Shown here piece by piece: positions 25,063-36,367 of a stretch of DNA of 64,000 nucleotides. The position numbers and the translations under genes were made by a program. Location: NCBI RefSeq assembly GCF_044324875.1, contig NZ_CP172185.1, one strand, 5' to 3'. The notes under the pieces were generated by a model, which had not been told where the DNA came from, did no database searches, and saw nothing but the letters and a program-made list of their open reading frames with translations. Each line of letters starts with the position of its first letter. Position 1 is the stretch's first letter. Source of the DNA: Escherichia coli. GTDB taxonomy: Bacteria; Pseudomonadota; Gammaproteobacteria; Enterobacterales; Enterobacteriaceae.

Positions 25063-26394
25063 TTACCCCAAATCCGCCATCAACACTTTGGATTTACGCT
25101 GGTAGTTGTACAACTGCTTTTTGCTCTCGGGCAGTAAATCAATATCCACTGGGGTAAATCCACGTTCCTGGAACCAGTGAATACTGCGCGTGGTCAGCAC
25201 AAATAATTTGCTTAAGCCGCTCTGCTTCGCCTGAGCGGCAATGCGTTCCAGCAGAACCTCGCCCCGTGATGAACTGCGGTAATCCGGGTGAACTGCCACA
25301 CAGGCCATTTCCCCAATCTTCTCTTCCGGGAACGGATAGAGCGCGGCGCAGGCAATAGTCGTGTTATCGCGCTGAATAATGGTGAATTTGTCGATTTCCA
25401 TCTCCAGCTGCTCGCGAGAACGGCGCACCAGAATACCTTGCTGCTCCAGCGGGCGAATCAACTCCAGAATACCGCCAATATCGTTGATTGTTGCGCGACG
25501 AATCTGCTCGGCGCTTTCCATCACAATCTGCGTACCGATACCGTCGCGTGAGAACAACTCTTGCAACAGCGCGCCATCTTCCTGATAACTGATTAAATGA
25601 CAGCGACGCACGCCGCTGCGGCAGGCTTTCACTGCGCCACGCAAAAAGCGCACCGTACCGGAGTTGTAATCGCCTTTCTCTTCCTGGGCTTCTACCCGTG
25701 CTTGCGCTTCGTTAGGGAAAAGTTCGGAGACAATATCACCGTCGTCATTAGTGACGCCCTGGGAAGAGCAAAAACCAATCATCTTTTCAGCTTTCAGTTT
25801 GATGGCCAGTTGAGTGGCAATCTCTTCCGAGGTCAGATTAAAGCTCTCGCCAGTGACTGAAACAGCGACCGGCCCCATTAGCACTATTGCACCGCTGTCC
25901 AGTTGACGATGGATCGCGTCTTCATCAATCCGCCGGATACGCCCGCTATGGCAGTAATCCACGCCGTCATCGACGCCCAGCGGCTGGGCAATAATAAAAT
26001 TGCCACTGACGACGTTGATATGCGCGCCCTGCAGCGGCGTGTTATTGAGACTCATCGACAGGCGAGCAGTAATATCCAGTTGCAATGTTCCCGCAGCCTG
26101 CTTCACCAGTTCCAGTGTTTTGGCGTCGGTCACACGTATATTCTTGTGATACAGCGGTTCGTGGTGATGCGCGGCCAGATTTGCGTCGATCTGCGGACGT
26201 GCGCCATAGACCACCACCAGACGGATGCCGAGGCTGTGCAGCAACCCGATATCATTAACGATACTGGAGAAATTCTCATGCTCAATGGCTTCACCGCCGA
26301 GCATGATGACAAACGTTTTTCCCCGGTGGGTATTGATATAGGGAACCGAATGGCGGAATCCCTCGACCAGCTCGGTTTTACGTTCCTTTACCAC
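25063..26394 (-). CDS. argA: amino-acid N-acetyltransferase (N-acetylglutamate synthase)
   Basis: ORF track 25063..26460; start placed at GTG 26394 ([13 protein letters not shown]..) giving 443 aa; AAK + GNAT domain order. Confidence 0.92.
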   Translation of the reverse strand: MVKERKTELVEGFRHSVPYINTHRGKTFVIMLGGEAIEHENFSSIVNDIGLLHSLGIRLVVVYGARPQIDANLAAHHHEPLYHKNIRVTDAKTLELVKQAAGTLQLDITARLSMSLNNTPLQGAHINVVSGNFIIAQPLGVDDGVDYCHSGRIRRIDEDAIHRQLDSGAIVLMGPVAVSVTGESFNLTSEEIATQLAIKLKAEKMIGFCSSQGVTNDDGDIVSELFPNEAQARVEAQEEKGDYNSGTVRFLRGAVKACRSGVRRCHLISYQEDGALLQELFSRDGIGTQIVMESAEQIRRATINDIGGILELIRPLEQQGILVRRSREQLEMEIDKFTIIQRDNTTIACAALYPFPEEKIGEMACVAVHPDYRSSSRGEVLLERIAAQAKQSGLSKLFVLTTRSIHWFQERGFTPVDIDLLPESKKQLYNYQRKSKVLMADLG

Positions 26395-26625
26395 GGCACA
26401 CCTCTTTGCATGATTATTCGAAATTAGTGTATTTTTATTCTGTTTTTTCGCAGGGTGCAAGTGTAAATTTTATGCGAGAGCGACTTTTTTATCAGTAATG
26501 CCGTGAATATAAAAAGAATGTTTACCGTTTATTAGATGACAGATTATGCGTCTTTCGCTAAAGTTTCCGGTCAAATTAGTCGTTTACTTGTTACACAGCT
26601 TAGATTTCTTTTGCTCGGGAGAGGC

Positions 26626-27879
26626 ATGTCAGGATCCAACACTGCAATCAGCCGTCGTCGTTTACTGCAAGGCGCGGGTGCCATGTGGCTATTGAGCGTA
26701 AGTCAGGTCAGTCTGGCTGCGGTCAGCCAGGTCGTGGCGGTGCGCGTCTGGCCTGCGTCCAGCTACACCCGCGTGACGGTAGAATCAAATCGTCAGCTGA
26801 AATATAAGCAGTTCGCGTTGAGTAACCCGGAACGCGTGGTGGTGGATATCGAAGATGTAAACCTGAACTCGGTACTCAAGGGGATGGCGGCACAAATTCG
26901 TGCAGACGACCCGTTCATCAAGTCGGCGCGCGTCGGGCAATTTGACCCGCAAACCGTACGCATGGTTTTTGAATTAAAGCAAAACGTAAAACCGCAGCTG
27001 TTTGCCCTTGCGCCGGTCGCCGGGTTTAAAGAGCGTCTGGTGATGGACCTCTATCCGGCCAATGCACAGGATATGCAGGACCCGCTGCTGGCGCTGCTGG
27101 AGGATTACAACAAAGGCGACCTCGAAAAGCAGGTGCCGCCAGCGCAAAGTGGTCCACAACCAGGTAAAGCAGGGCGCGATCGTCCGATTGTCATTATGCT
27201 TGACCCTGGCCACGGTGGCGAAGACTCCGGTGCGGTGGGGAAATACAAAACGCGCGAAAAAGACGTGGTATTGCAAATAGCTCGCCGTCTGCGCTCTCTG
27301 ATCGAGAAAGAGGGCAATATGAAGGTGTACATGACGCGCAATGAAGACATCTTCATTCCGTTGCAAGTGCGCGTAGCAAAAGCCCAGAAACAGCGTGCCG
27401 ACCTGTTTGTCTCTATCCATGCCGACGCCTTTACCAGTCGCCAGCCGAGCGGTTCCTCTGTGTTTGCGCTCTCAACCAAAGGTGCAACCAGTACTGCGGC
27501 AAAATATCTGGCACAAACCCAGAACGCCTCGGACTTGATTGGTGGCGTGAGCAAAAGCGGTGACCGCTATGTCGACCACACCATGTTCGATATGGTGCAG
27601 TCGCTGACCATTGCCGACAGCCTTAAGTTTGGTAAAGCGGTGCTGAATAAGCTCGGTAAAATCAACAAGCTGCATAAAAATCAGGTTGAACAGGCCGGGT
27701 TTGCCGTGCTGAAAGCGCCTGATATTCCCTCCATTCTGGTCGAAACGGCGTTTATCAGTAACGTTGAGGAAGAGCGTAAACTGAAAACGGCGACCTTCCA
27801 GCAGGAAGTTGCGGAGTCTATTCTTGCGGGGATTAAAGCGTATTTTGCCGATGGGGCGACGCTGGCGAGAAGGGGATGA
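26626..27879 (+). CDS. amiC: N-acetylmuramoyl-L-alanine amidase with Tat signal peptide
   Basis: Start at ATG 26626 ([19 protein letters not shown]..), twin-arginine motif; 417 aa; ORF track is 5'-extended. Confidence 0.92.
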
Positions 27880-27881
27880 TA

Positions 27882-27907
27882 AAAAGGCGCTGAATGGCGC
27901 TTTTTTT
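27882..27907 (+). terminator. rho-independent terminator after amiC (A-tract/stem/T-tract, potentially bidirectional)
   Basis: aaaaaggcgc-tgaatg-gcgcttttttt read directly. Confidence 0.5.
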
Positions 27908-27953
27908 ATGGGAGAGCAGAAACAAAAAAACACCCGTTAGGGTGTTCAATAAT

Positions 27954-28030
<77 letters not shown>

Positions 28031-28238
28031 TCCGTGGATGCGCACTATACTCCGCTCGCGTTTTCATGCAACCTTTTTTTTACCCCGATCACGGATTCGG
28101 CATGATTTTGAACAAAAACAAATCACTAAAGCCTATTTTTTGTGCAAAATTTGCGTCAGGGAGAGGCTGCTCATTTCATTAAACGCGGCGGTTTGTTATC
28201 TTCGTTGCGCCTTATTTTTTAACCTGAAGAAGAGAACA

Positions 28239-29336
28239 ATGAAAGGACGTTGGGTAAAGTACCTTCTTATGGGCACGGTTGTGGCAATGCTTGCCGCCTG
28301 CTCTTCCAAACCAACCGATCGCGGACAGCAATATAAAGACGGGAAATTTACCCAGCCTTTCTCTCTGGTGAACCAGCCAGATGCCGTTGGCGCGCCGATT
28401 AACGCCGGTGATTTTGCCGAGCAAATTAACCATATCCGTAATTCGTCACCGCGTCTGTATGGCAACCAGAGTAATGTTTATAACGCGGTGCAAGAGTGGC
28501 TGCGCGCAGGCGGTGATACCCGCAATATGCGCCAGTTCGGCATTGATGCCTGGCAGATGGAAGGTGCCGACAACTATGGTAACGTGCAGTTTACAGGCTA
28601 TTACACGCCGGTAATTCAGGCGCGCCATACCCGCCAGGGCGAGTTCCAGTATCCGATTTACCGTATGCCGCCAAAACGTGGTCGTCTGCCGTCTCGTGCG
28701 GAGATCTACGCGGGGGCATTGAGTGATAAATATATTCTCGCTTACAGTAACTCCCTGATGGATAACTTCATTATGGATGTGCAGGGTAGTGGGTATATCG
28801 ACTTTGGTGATGGCAGTCCGCTTAACTTTTTCAGCTATGCAGGGAAAAACGGTCATGCCTATCGCAGCATTGGTAAGGTGCTGATCGACCGTGGCGAAGT
28901 GAAAAAAGAAGATATGTCGATGCAGGCGATTCGTCACTGGGGCGAAACACACAGTGAAGCCGAGGTTCGCGAGCTGCTGGAACAGAACCCGTCTTTCGTC
29001 TTCTTTAAACCGCAATCTTTTGCACCGGTGAAAGGGGCAAGTGCGGTGCCGCTGGTTGGCCGTGCTTCTGTTGCCTCCGATCGTTCAATTATTCCGCCAG
29101 GTACTACCTTGCTGGCAGAAGTGCCGCTGCTGGATAATAACGGCAAATTTAACGGTCAGTACGAATTGCGTCTGATGGTGGCGCTGGATGTCGGTGGCGC
29201 AATCAAAGGCCAACACTTCGATATCTATCAAGGGATCGGGCCGGAAGCCGGGCACCGCGCAGGTTGGTACAACCACTATGGACGTGTCTGGGTGCTGAAA
29301 ACGGCTCCGGGCGCAGGTAACGTCTTTAGCGGCTGA
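28239..29336 (+). CDS. mltA: membrane-bound lytic murein transglycosylase A (lipoprotein)
   Basis: Start at ATG 28239 (MKGRWVKYLLMGTVVAMLAAC, lipobox); 365 aa; the ORF-track extension would overlap the tRNA and is rejected. Confidence 0.93.
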   Translation: MKGRWVKYLLMGTVVAMLAACSSKPTDRGQQYKDGKFTQPFSLVNQPDAVGAPINAGDFAEQINHIRNSSPRLYGNQSNVYNAVQEWLRAGGDTRNMRQFGIDAWQMEGADNYGNVQFTGYYTPVIQARHTRQGEFQYPIYRMPPKRGRLPSRAEIYAGALSDKYILAYSNSLMDNFIMDVQGSGYIDFGDGSPLNFFSYAGKNGHAYRSIGKVLIDRGEVKKEDMSMQAIRHWGETHSEAEVRELLEQNPSFVFFKPQSFAPVKGASAVPLVGRASVASDRSIIPPGTTLLAEVPLLDNNGKFNGQYELRLMVALDVGGAIKGQHFDIYQGIGPEAGHRAGWYNHYGRVWVLKTAPGAGNVFSG

Positions 29337-29411
29337 TGTGATATTCTGTATGCCGTTTTTACGTATACGACAGGGTGAGGGATAACCTCGCCCTTTTTAT
29401 TCTGAGGTGCT

Positions 29412-30218
29412 ATGTCTGTGGTAATTAGTGATGCATGGCGTCAGCGTTTTGGTGGCACAGCGCGTCTGTATGGTGAAAAAGCGTTGCAACTGTTTGCTGA
29501 CGCGCATATTTGTGTGGTCGGTATTGGCGGTGTCGGTTCCTGGGCGGCGGAAGCGCTGGCGCGCACAGGGATTGGCGCAATCACGCTTATCGATATGGAT
29601 GATGTGTGCGTCACCAATACCAATCGGCAAATTCATGCCCTGCGCGATAACGTTGGGCTGGCAAAAGCGGAAGTTATGGCGGAGCGTATTCGCCAGATTA
29701 ACCCGGAGTGCCGTGTAACGGTGGTGGATGATTTCGTGACGCCGGATAACGTAGCGCAGTATATGAGCGTGGGTTATTCGTACGTGATTGATGCCATTGA
29801 TAGTGTACGGCCCAAAGCGGCGCTGATTGCTTATTGTCGGCGCAATAAAATCCCACTGGTCACAACCGGTGGCGCGGGTGGGCAGATTGACCCGACGCAG
29901 ATTCAGGTTACCGATCTGGCGAAAACGATTCAGGACCCGCTGGCGGCGAAGTTGCGTGAGCGCCTGAAAAGCGATTTTGGCATAGTGAAAAACAGTAAAG
30001 GTAAGCTCGGCGTGGATTGCGTGTTCTCTACCGAAGCATTGGTGTACCCGCAGTCAGACGGTACGGTGTGTGCTATGAAAGCCACGGCGGAAGGGCCGAA
30101 GCGGATGGATTGTGCATCTGGATTTGGCGCGGCGACGATGGTGACCGCCACCTTTGGTTTTGTTGCGGTTTCTCATGCGCTGAAGAAGATGATGGCGAAA
30201 GCGGCCCGTCAGGGGTAA
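29412..30218 (+). CDS. tcdA: tRNA threonylcarbamoyladenosine dehydratase (ThiF/MoeB-like E1 fold)
   Basis: 268-aa ORF with nucleotide-binding motif VVGIGGVGSWAAEALARTG. Confidence 0.9.
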   Translation: MSVVISDAWRQRFGGTARLYGEKALQLFADAHICVVGIGGVGSWAAEALARTGIGAITLIDMDDVCVTNTNRQIHALRDNVGLAKAEVMAERIRQINPECRVTVVDDFVTPDNVAQYMSVGYSYVIDAIDSVRPKAALIAYCRRNKIPLVTTGGAGGQIDPTQIQVTDLAKTIQDPLAAKLRERLKSDFGIVKNSKGKLGVDCVFSTEALVYPQSDGTVCAMKATAEGPKRMDCASGFGAATMVTATFGFVAVSHALKKMMAKAARQG

Positions 30219-30225
30219 ACAATCA

Positions 30226-30257
30226 GGTCGGATGCGACGCGAACGTCTTATCCGACC
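30226..30257. repeat. REP-like palindrome between convergent tcdA and csdE
   Basis: ggtcggatgcgacgc gaacg tcttatccgacc. Confidence 0.45.
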
Positions 30258-30268
30258 TGGTTCTGTGC

Positions 30269-30712
30269 TTAAACCTGCTTCGCCACAGCGATAATCGCCT
30301 CGCTTAACGCATTCAACCCTTGGCTGCGTGAGGCGCTAAGCTGCGCACGCAATCCCAGCTCATCAAACAATGCCAGCGGCGACTGTGCCTGCAATTCGGC
30401 GGCGGTTTTCCCCTCAACGGCAGTCAACAACACCGCCAGCAGGCCGCGCACAATGCGCCCTTCGCTGTCGCCAAAGAAGTGCATTTTACCGTTTTCAGCC
30501 ACGGTATATCCCAGCCAGACGCGGTTTTCGCATCCGGCAATCTCTTTAGCCTGCGCTTTTAACTCGTCTGGCAAAGCCGGAAGCTGTTTCCCCAGCATGA
30601 TCAACTGGCGATATTTATCTTCCCATTGCGACAACGGTGCGAAGGTATTGCGTAACGTTTCTGCGGTTACGGTTGTGCCGAACGGATGTCCGGCGAATTG
30701 CGGGTTTGTCAT
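30269..30712 (-). CDS. csdE: cysteine desulfurase sulfur-acceptor protein (SufE-like)
   Basis: 147-aa ORF immediately downstream of csdA on the minus strand. Confidence 0.9.
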   Translation of the reverse strand: MTNPQFAGHPFGTTVTAETLRNTFAPLSQWEDKYRQLIMLGKQLPALPDELKAQAKEIAGCENRVWLGYTVAENGKMHFFGDSEGRIVRGLLAVLLTAVEGKTAAELQAQSPLALFDELGLRAQLSASRSQGLNALSEAIIAVAKQV

Positions 30713-31917
30713 TAATCCACCAATAATTCCAGCGCGCGGTCAACGGCATTCACCAGCGCATCCACATCACTCTTTGTATTATATGGCGCAAATGAGGCAC
30801 GCAGTGTGCCGGTTACGCCTAATTCTGCCAGTAGCGGCTGAGCGCAATGCTGCCCGGCGCGCAGGGCAATACCGTACTCCGCCAGCAGCGTCACCATATC
30901 GCTGTGATGAACGCCAGCAAAATCGAAGGCCAGCAGGCTGGAATCCTGGCAGCGGAATGAACGAAAGCCTGGACGTTTCGCCAGCGCATCTTCCGCCAGC
31001 GTTGCTAAGCTACGGCTCCAGTTTTCAGCCTGGTTGATATCGTAATCTGCCAGCCATTCCAGCGCCGCGCTTAATCCTATGACACCAGCGACATTTGGCG
31101 TTCCGGCTTCCAGTTTCCACGGCGCAGATTGAGTCGTGAAGCCGTCAAAACTCACTTCGTGAATCATTTTGCCGCCACCCAGCCAGGGTGACATCGCTTC
31201 CAGCAGTTCTGATTTGCCATACAGCACGCCGATACCCGTCGGGCCATACAGTTTGTGACCTGAAAAAGCATAGAAATCAATATCCAGTTGCTGAACATCC
31301 GCAGGGAAATGCACCGCCCCCTGAGCACCATCAACCATCACCACCATCCCGGCTGAATGAGCAAAGGTAATCGCTCGCGCCAGATCCGGGCAACCGCCAG
31401 TGACATTCGACATTTGTCCCAGAGCAAGAATTCGACTACGAGGTGTGATCAGTTCTGGCAACAAATCGACATCCGGCAGTCGCTGCGCATTAAGCGGCAA
31501 TTTCACCACTTTGGATCCAGTTTGTTGGGCGACCATCAGCCAGGGGACAAGGTTGGCGTGGTGTTCTGCCACGCTGACAATAATCTCATCGCCCGGTTGC
31601 AGATGCGGACGCGCATAGCATTGTGCCACCATGTTGATGGATTCAGTGGTGCCGCGCGTCCAGACGATAGTTTTATCATCCGGTGCATTCAGTAATTGCG
31701 CCACTTTCTCTCGTGCAGCTTCATAACGCGCGGTCAGGCGTTGGGCTTCGGCAAACTGGCTGCGATGGACGTTTCCGGCGCTCAGGCTGTAAAACTGTCG
31801 GGTGGCTTCAACCACGGCTTCAGGTTTAAGCGCGGTCGCGGCGCTGTCGAGATAGACGCCCGCATCCTGTAGTGCGGGAAACTGGGCGCGAAACTGCGCG
31901 GGATTAAAAACGTTCAT
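30712..31917 (-). CDS. csdA: cysteine desulfurase / sulfinate desulfinase (PLP-dependent)
   Basis: Start at ATG 31917 ([16 protein letters not shown]..), 401 aa; class-V aminotransferase-like. Confidence 0.92.
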   Translation of the reverse strand: MNVFNPAQFRAQFPALQDAGVYLDSAATALKPEAVVEATRQFYSLSAGNVHRSQFAEAQRLTARYEAAREKVAQLLNAPDDKTIVWTRGTTESINMVAQCYARPHLQPGDEIIVSVAEHHANLVPWLMVAQQTGSKVVKLPLNAQRLPDVDLLPELITPRSRILALGQMSNVTGGCPDLARAITFAHSAGMVVMVDGAQGAVHFPADVQQLDIDFYAFSGHKLYGPTGIGVLYGKSELLEAMSPWLGGGKMIHEVSFDGFTTQSAPWKLEAGTPNVAGVIGLSAALEWLADYDINQAENWSRSLATLAEDALAKRPGFRSFRCQDSSLLAFDFAGVHHSDMVTLLAEYGIALRAGQHCAQPLLAELGVTGTLRASFAPYNTKSDVDALVNAVDRALELLVD

Positions 31918-32108
31918 GGTACTCCTCGGCTTGATGCACCGATCGTGACGCAAAATTCACTTTGATACAAGGAGAGTGCTAACCATCAGAATTATCTGGA
32001 TATCCTGGCGAAGCCGCGTCAGTAACATATGCTGAATAGTGTTAGGCGTTAATTTTAGCCTGTTAATCAATACTATTAAGATTTATTAATCGCTTTAAGG
32101 AGAAGATG

Positions 32109-32336
32109 ATGAAAAAGACTGCCGCAATTATTTCTGCCTGTATGCTGACTTTTGCCCTGAGCGCCTGTTCCGGTTCGAACTATGTGATGCACACCAATGA
32201 CGGACGTACCATCGTCTCTGACGGCAAACCACAGACTGATAACGATACCGGTATGATTTCGTATAAAGACGCTAATGGCAACAAACAGCAGATCAACCGT
32301 ACTGACGTGAAAGAGATGGTCGAACTGGATCAGTAA
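32109..32336 (+). CDS. ygdI: small lipoprotein, DUF903 family (paralog of ygdR)
   Basis: [20 protein letters not shown] lipobox; start chosen at second ATG for SD spacing (AGGAG at 32098..32102). Confidence 0.85.
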   Translation: MKKTAAIISACMLTFALSACSGSNYVMHTNDGRTIVSDGKPQTDNDTGMISYKDANGNKQQINRTDVKEMVELDQ

Positions 32337-32351
32337 TTCGCGATCGCAAGG

Positions 32352-32558
32352 TAAAAAAAAGCACCGCAATTAGGCGGTGCTACATTAATCACTATGGACA
32401 GACAGGGTAAATGTACAGGAAGTGAAAAAAGGTAGCTTTGCTACCATGGTCTGAATCGCAGACCAATTGCAAACACAACAACACAACATCACAACCGTAA
32501 GCCAAAAGTTCACCAGAACACGCATTCCGATAAAACTTTTCGTTCCGGCTCAGGAAGT
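32352..32558 (-). ncRNA. gcvB: GcvB small regulatory RNA (Hfq-dependent, amino-acid transporter regulon)
   Basis: Reverse complement begins ACTTCCTGAGCCGGAACGAAAAGTTTTATCGG.., contains the GU-rich region GTTGTGATGTTGTGTTGTTGTGTTTGCAATTGG and ends in terminator GCACCGCCTAATTGCGGTGCTTTTTTTT; divergent from gcvA. Confidence 0.85.
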
Positions 32559-32686
32559 GCCGCCACTATAGGTATTTGCTGGTAGAAGCTCAACGGACAA
32601 TTTATAATGGCTCAGATTAAAAAAACTAATAGGTTACACAGTGTGATCTAATTGTTAAATTCATTTAACATCAAAGTTTAAAAGCC

Positions 32687-33604
32687 ATGTCTAAACGATT
32701 ACCACCGCTAAATGCCTTACGAGTTTTTGATGCCGCAGCACGCCATTTAAGTTTCACTCGCGCAGCAGAAGAGCTTTTTGTGACCCAGGCCGCAGTAAGT
32801 CATCAAATCAAGTCTCTTGAGGATTTTTTGGGGCTAAAACTGTTCCGCCGCCGTAATCGTTCACTCCTGCTGACCGAGGAAGGGCAAAGCTATTTCCTCG
32901 ATATCAAAGAGATATTTTCGCAATTAACCGAAGCGACGCGTAAACTCCAGGCCCGTAGCGCCAAGGGGGCGTTGACGGTCAGTTTACTCCCCAGTTTCGC
33001 CATTCATTGGTTGGTTCCGCGACTTTCCAGCTTTAATTCAGCTTATCCGGGAATTGACGTTCGAATCCAGGCGGTTGATCGTCAGGAAGATAAGCTGGCG
33101 GATGATGTTGATGTGGCGATATTTTATGGTCGGGGCAACTGGCCGGGGCTACGGGTGGAAAAACTTTACGCCGAATATTTATTGCCGGTGTGTTCGCCGC
33201 TACTGCTGACTGGCGAAAAACCCTTGAAGACCCCGGAAGATCTGGCTAAACATACGTTATTACATGATGCGTCACGCCGTGACTGGCAGACATATACTCG
33301 CCAATTGGGGTTAAATCATATCAACGTTCAGCAAGGGCCAATTTTTAGCCATAGCGCCATGGTGCTGCAAGCGGCTATTCACGGGCAGGGAGTGGCGCTG
33401 GCAAATAACGTGATGGCGCAATCTGAAATCGAGGCCGGACGTCTTGTTTGCCCGTTTAATGATGTTTTGGTCAGTAAAAATGCTTTTTATCTGGTTTGTC
33501 ATGACAGTCAGGCAGAACTGGGTAAAATAGCCGCCTTTCGCCAATGGATCCTGGCGAAAGCCGCTGCTGAACAAGAAAAATTCCGCTTTCGTTATGAACA
33601 ATAA
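32687..33604 (+). CDS. gcvA: LysR-family transcriptional regulator of the glycine cleavage system
   Basis: 305-aa ORF with LysR HTH N-terminus; adjacent to gcvB. Confidence 0.93.
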   Translation: MSKRLPPLNALRVFDAAARHLSFTRAAEELFVTQAAVSHQIKSLEDFLGLKLFRRRNRSLLLTEEGQSYFLDIKEIFSQLTEATRKLQARSAKGALTVSLLPSFAIHWLVPRLSSFNSAYPGIDVRIQAVDRQEDKLADDVDVAIFYGRGNWPGLRVEKLYAEYLLPVCSPLLLTGEKPLKTPEDLAKHTLLHDASRRDWQTYTRQLGLNHINVQQGPIFSHSAMVLQAAIHGQGVALANNVMAQSEIEAGRLVCPFNDVLVSKNAFYLVCHDSQAELGKIAAFRQWILAKAAAEQEKFRFRYEQ

Positions 33605-33622
33605 TTTACGTAGGGTACGACC

Positions 33623-34018
33623 ATGACCAGCCGTTTTATGCTGATTTTCGCCGCCATTAGCGGCTTCATTTTTGTGGCTCTGGGCGCTTTTGGCGCGCAT
33701 GTGTTAAGTAAAACCATGGGGGCCGTTGAGATGGGCTGGATCCAGACCGGTCTCGAATACCAGGCGTTCCACACGCTGGCGATCTTAGGTCTGGCGGTGG
33801 CAATGCAGCGTCGCATCAGTATCTGGTTTTACTGGAGTAGCGTTTTCCTCGCGTTAGGCACGGTGCTGTTCAGCGGCAGCCTTTATTGCCTGGCACTGTC
33901 CCATCTGCGTTTGTGGGCGTTTGTCACTCCGGTTGGCGGCGTGAGCTTCCTTGCGGGCTGGGCGTTAATGTTAGTTGGTGCTATCCGTTTAAAACGCAAG
34001 GGCGTAAGTCATGAATAA
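33623..34018 (+). CDS. ygdD: inner membrane protein, DUF423 family
   Basis: 131-aa hydrophobic ORF; conserved position. Confidence 0.85.
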
Positions 34019-35111
34019 GGTTGTATTGCTGTGCCGTCCGGGCTTTGAAAAAGAGTGCGCCGCAGAAATTACCGATAAAGCCGGCCAGCGGGAAATTTTC
34101 GGTTTTGCCCGCGTGAAAGAGAATGCGGGTTATGTGATTTATGAATGTTATCAACCTGATGATGGCGATAAGTTAATCCGTGAGCTGCCGTTCAGTTCAT
34201 TAATTTTTGCCCGCCAGTGGTTTGTAGTGGGGGAACTCCTGCAGCATTTGCCGCCAGAAGATCGTATTACTCCCATTGTCGGCATGTTACAGGGCGTAGT
34301 AGAGAAGGGCGGTGAACTGCGTGTTGAAGTTGCCGATACCAACGAAAGCAAAGAGTTGCTGAAATTCTGCCGTAAATTCACCGTGCCGCTACGCGCTGCC
34401 TTGCGCGATGCGGGTGTGCTGGCGAACTATGAAACGCCGAAGCGTCCGGTTGTGCATGTATTCTTTATTGCACCAGGCTGCTGCTATACCGGTTACTCAT
34501 ACAGCAACAATAATTCGCCGTTCTATATGGGCATTCCGCGCCTGAAATTTCCGGCAGATGCGCCGAGTCGTTCCACGCTCAAACTGGAAGAGGCATTTCA
34601 TGTGTTTATTCCTGCGGATGAGTGGGATGAACGCCTGGCGAACGGGATGTGGGCGGTGGATTTAGGCGCTTGCCCAGGCGGCTGGACCTACCAACTGGTG
34701 AAGCGCAACATGTGGGTTTATTCCGTCGACAACGGCCCGATGGCGCAAAGTCTGATGGATACCGGACAGGTGACGTGGCTGCGGGAAGACGGTTTCAAAT
34801 TCCGTCCGACACGCAGCAATATCTCCTGGATGGTATGCGATATGGTTGAAAAACCGGCGAAAGTTGCGGCATTGATGGCGCAGTGGCTGGTTAATGGCTG
34901 GTGCCGTGAAACCATTTTCAACCTCAAACTGCCGATGAAAAAACGCTACGAAGAAGTGTCACACAATCTGGCGTATATTCAGGCACAGCTTGATGAACAT
35001 GGCATAAATGCTCAGATCCAGGCGCGGCAGTTGTATCACGATCGCGAAGAAGTGACGGTGCACGTCCGCCGTATCTGGGCTGCGGTGGGTGGTCGTCGCG
35101 ACGAGCGATAA
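34011..35111 (+). CDS. rlmM: 23S rRNA 2'-O-ribose C2498 methyltransferase
   Basis: 366-aa ORF overlapping ygdD stop; recognised from memory. Confidence 0.9.
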
Positions 35112-35154
35112 CAGGCAAGGCCGGGGCGTCGTCTCCGGCCTGCTACCCTTTCCG

Positions 35155-35886
35155 TCAGGCTGTTACCAAAGAAGTTGCAACCTGGCGCTCATCAGAAATA
35201 ATGTGCGTTACCTCATCCAGATGCCCGATGCGGGCTTCCCCTGAACGATTAAATTTACTTTTATCAATCAATAACAACGATTGCGCGGCGCGTTTTAATA
35301 GCATTGATTTGTAATCAGCGTTGATGGCATTGGAGTCCCACAGTGCGCCGCTGCTATCGATCCCTTCACAAGAAAAAATAAACAGATCGATTTCCAGCGA
35401 TTTAAGTTGAGAAATCAGCGAGGGATTGACGTAACAGCCATATTTGCGCTCAAGTGTGCCGCCGGAACTGATCAGTTGAATGCGTTCGCGTTTACCGAGT
35501 TCATGGCAAATCGGATGGCTATTGGTGAAGACCTGGATGTTGATGTCAGGCAACTGGCGTGCCAGATACCAGCAGGTTGAACTTGCGTCTAAGGCTATTA
35601 CCATCCCTTCTTCAATCCACGCGAGCGCCTCGCGCGCGATATCTGCTTTATGCGCATAATGGCTTTTCAGCCGGATGTGAAAGGGATCGCCACTGTCTTG
35701 ATTTTGACGGTGGATATATTTAGCGCGCCCATGATTGCGCAGAATTTTACCCTGCGTCTGTAATTCATTGAGATCGCGACGAATGGTTTCTTTACTGACC
35801 TTTAGCTGTTCAGAGAGAGCTTCCGTGGTCAGGCTGGTATGGTTCAGCAGCAGGTCGACTATCGCTTGCTGGCGTGCCGCTTTCAT
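35155..35886 (-). CDS. fucR: DeoR-family transcriptional activator of the fucose regulon
   Basis: ORF track 35155..35895; start placed at ATG 35886 (MKAARQQAIVDLL..), 243 aa. Confidence 0.9.
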   Translation of the reverse strand: MKAARQQAIVDLLLNHTSLTTEALSEQLKVSKETIRRDLNELQTQGKILRNHGRAKYIHRQNQDSGDPFHIRLKSHYAHKADIAREALAWIEEGMVIALDASSTCWYLARQLPDINIQVFTNSHPICHELGKRERIQLISSGGTLERKYGCYVNPSLISQLKSLEIDLFIFSCEGIDSSGALWDSNAINADYKSMLLKRAAQSLLLIDKSKFNRSGEARIGHLDEVTHIISDERQVATSLVTA

Positions 35887-35943
35887 ATTTTTCACCCCAT
35901 CATTCGATAACCGCCCGCGTCATGCGGGCGTACCGGTATGAGA

Positions 35944-36366
35944 TTACGGTGTTACCCCTTTTTTTAAAAGAATATTCCCGTACTTCGCTCGTTCGCCTGT
36001 GATAACGATCGCAAAGGCTTTTTGTGCCCGTTCATAAAACGCAAAACGATTGATGCGGATGATGTCAGGACACGGGGCTTGTAGTGAAAGCGCATTACGG
36101 TAACGTCGTTCTACTTCAGGATCGAGAGTGTCACCTTCTACCGCCGCCATCATCACCAGCGGCGGTGCATAACTGTCCAGTTCAAATAACGGGATAATCG
36201 CCTGGAGCAAGTCGCTCACCAACAGGCCATCAGCGCGGATCACCTGCGGTCCCATCGAATGGGCGGGAAAGTGAGCATCGGAAAAAATAATTTCATCTCC
36301 ATGCCCCATCTCTGCCAGCACTTTCAATAGTTCGGGAGAAATTAACGGCGAAATTGTTTTCAGCAT
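35944..36366 (-). CDS. fucU: L-fucose mutarotase
   Basis: 140-aa ORF, RbsD/FucU family; within fucPIKUR. Confidence 0.92.
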
Positions 36367-36367
36367 T

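Noticed and set aside
26395-26625. Possible ARG boxes in the argA promoter region
   Set aside because: ArgR operators are expected here from established knowledge, but I could not place a convincing pair of 18-bp ARG boxes by eye, so no coordinates are claimed.
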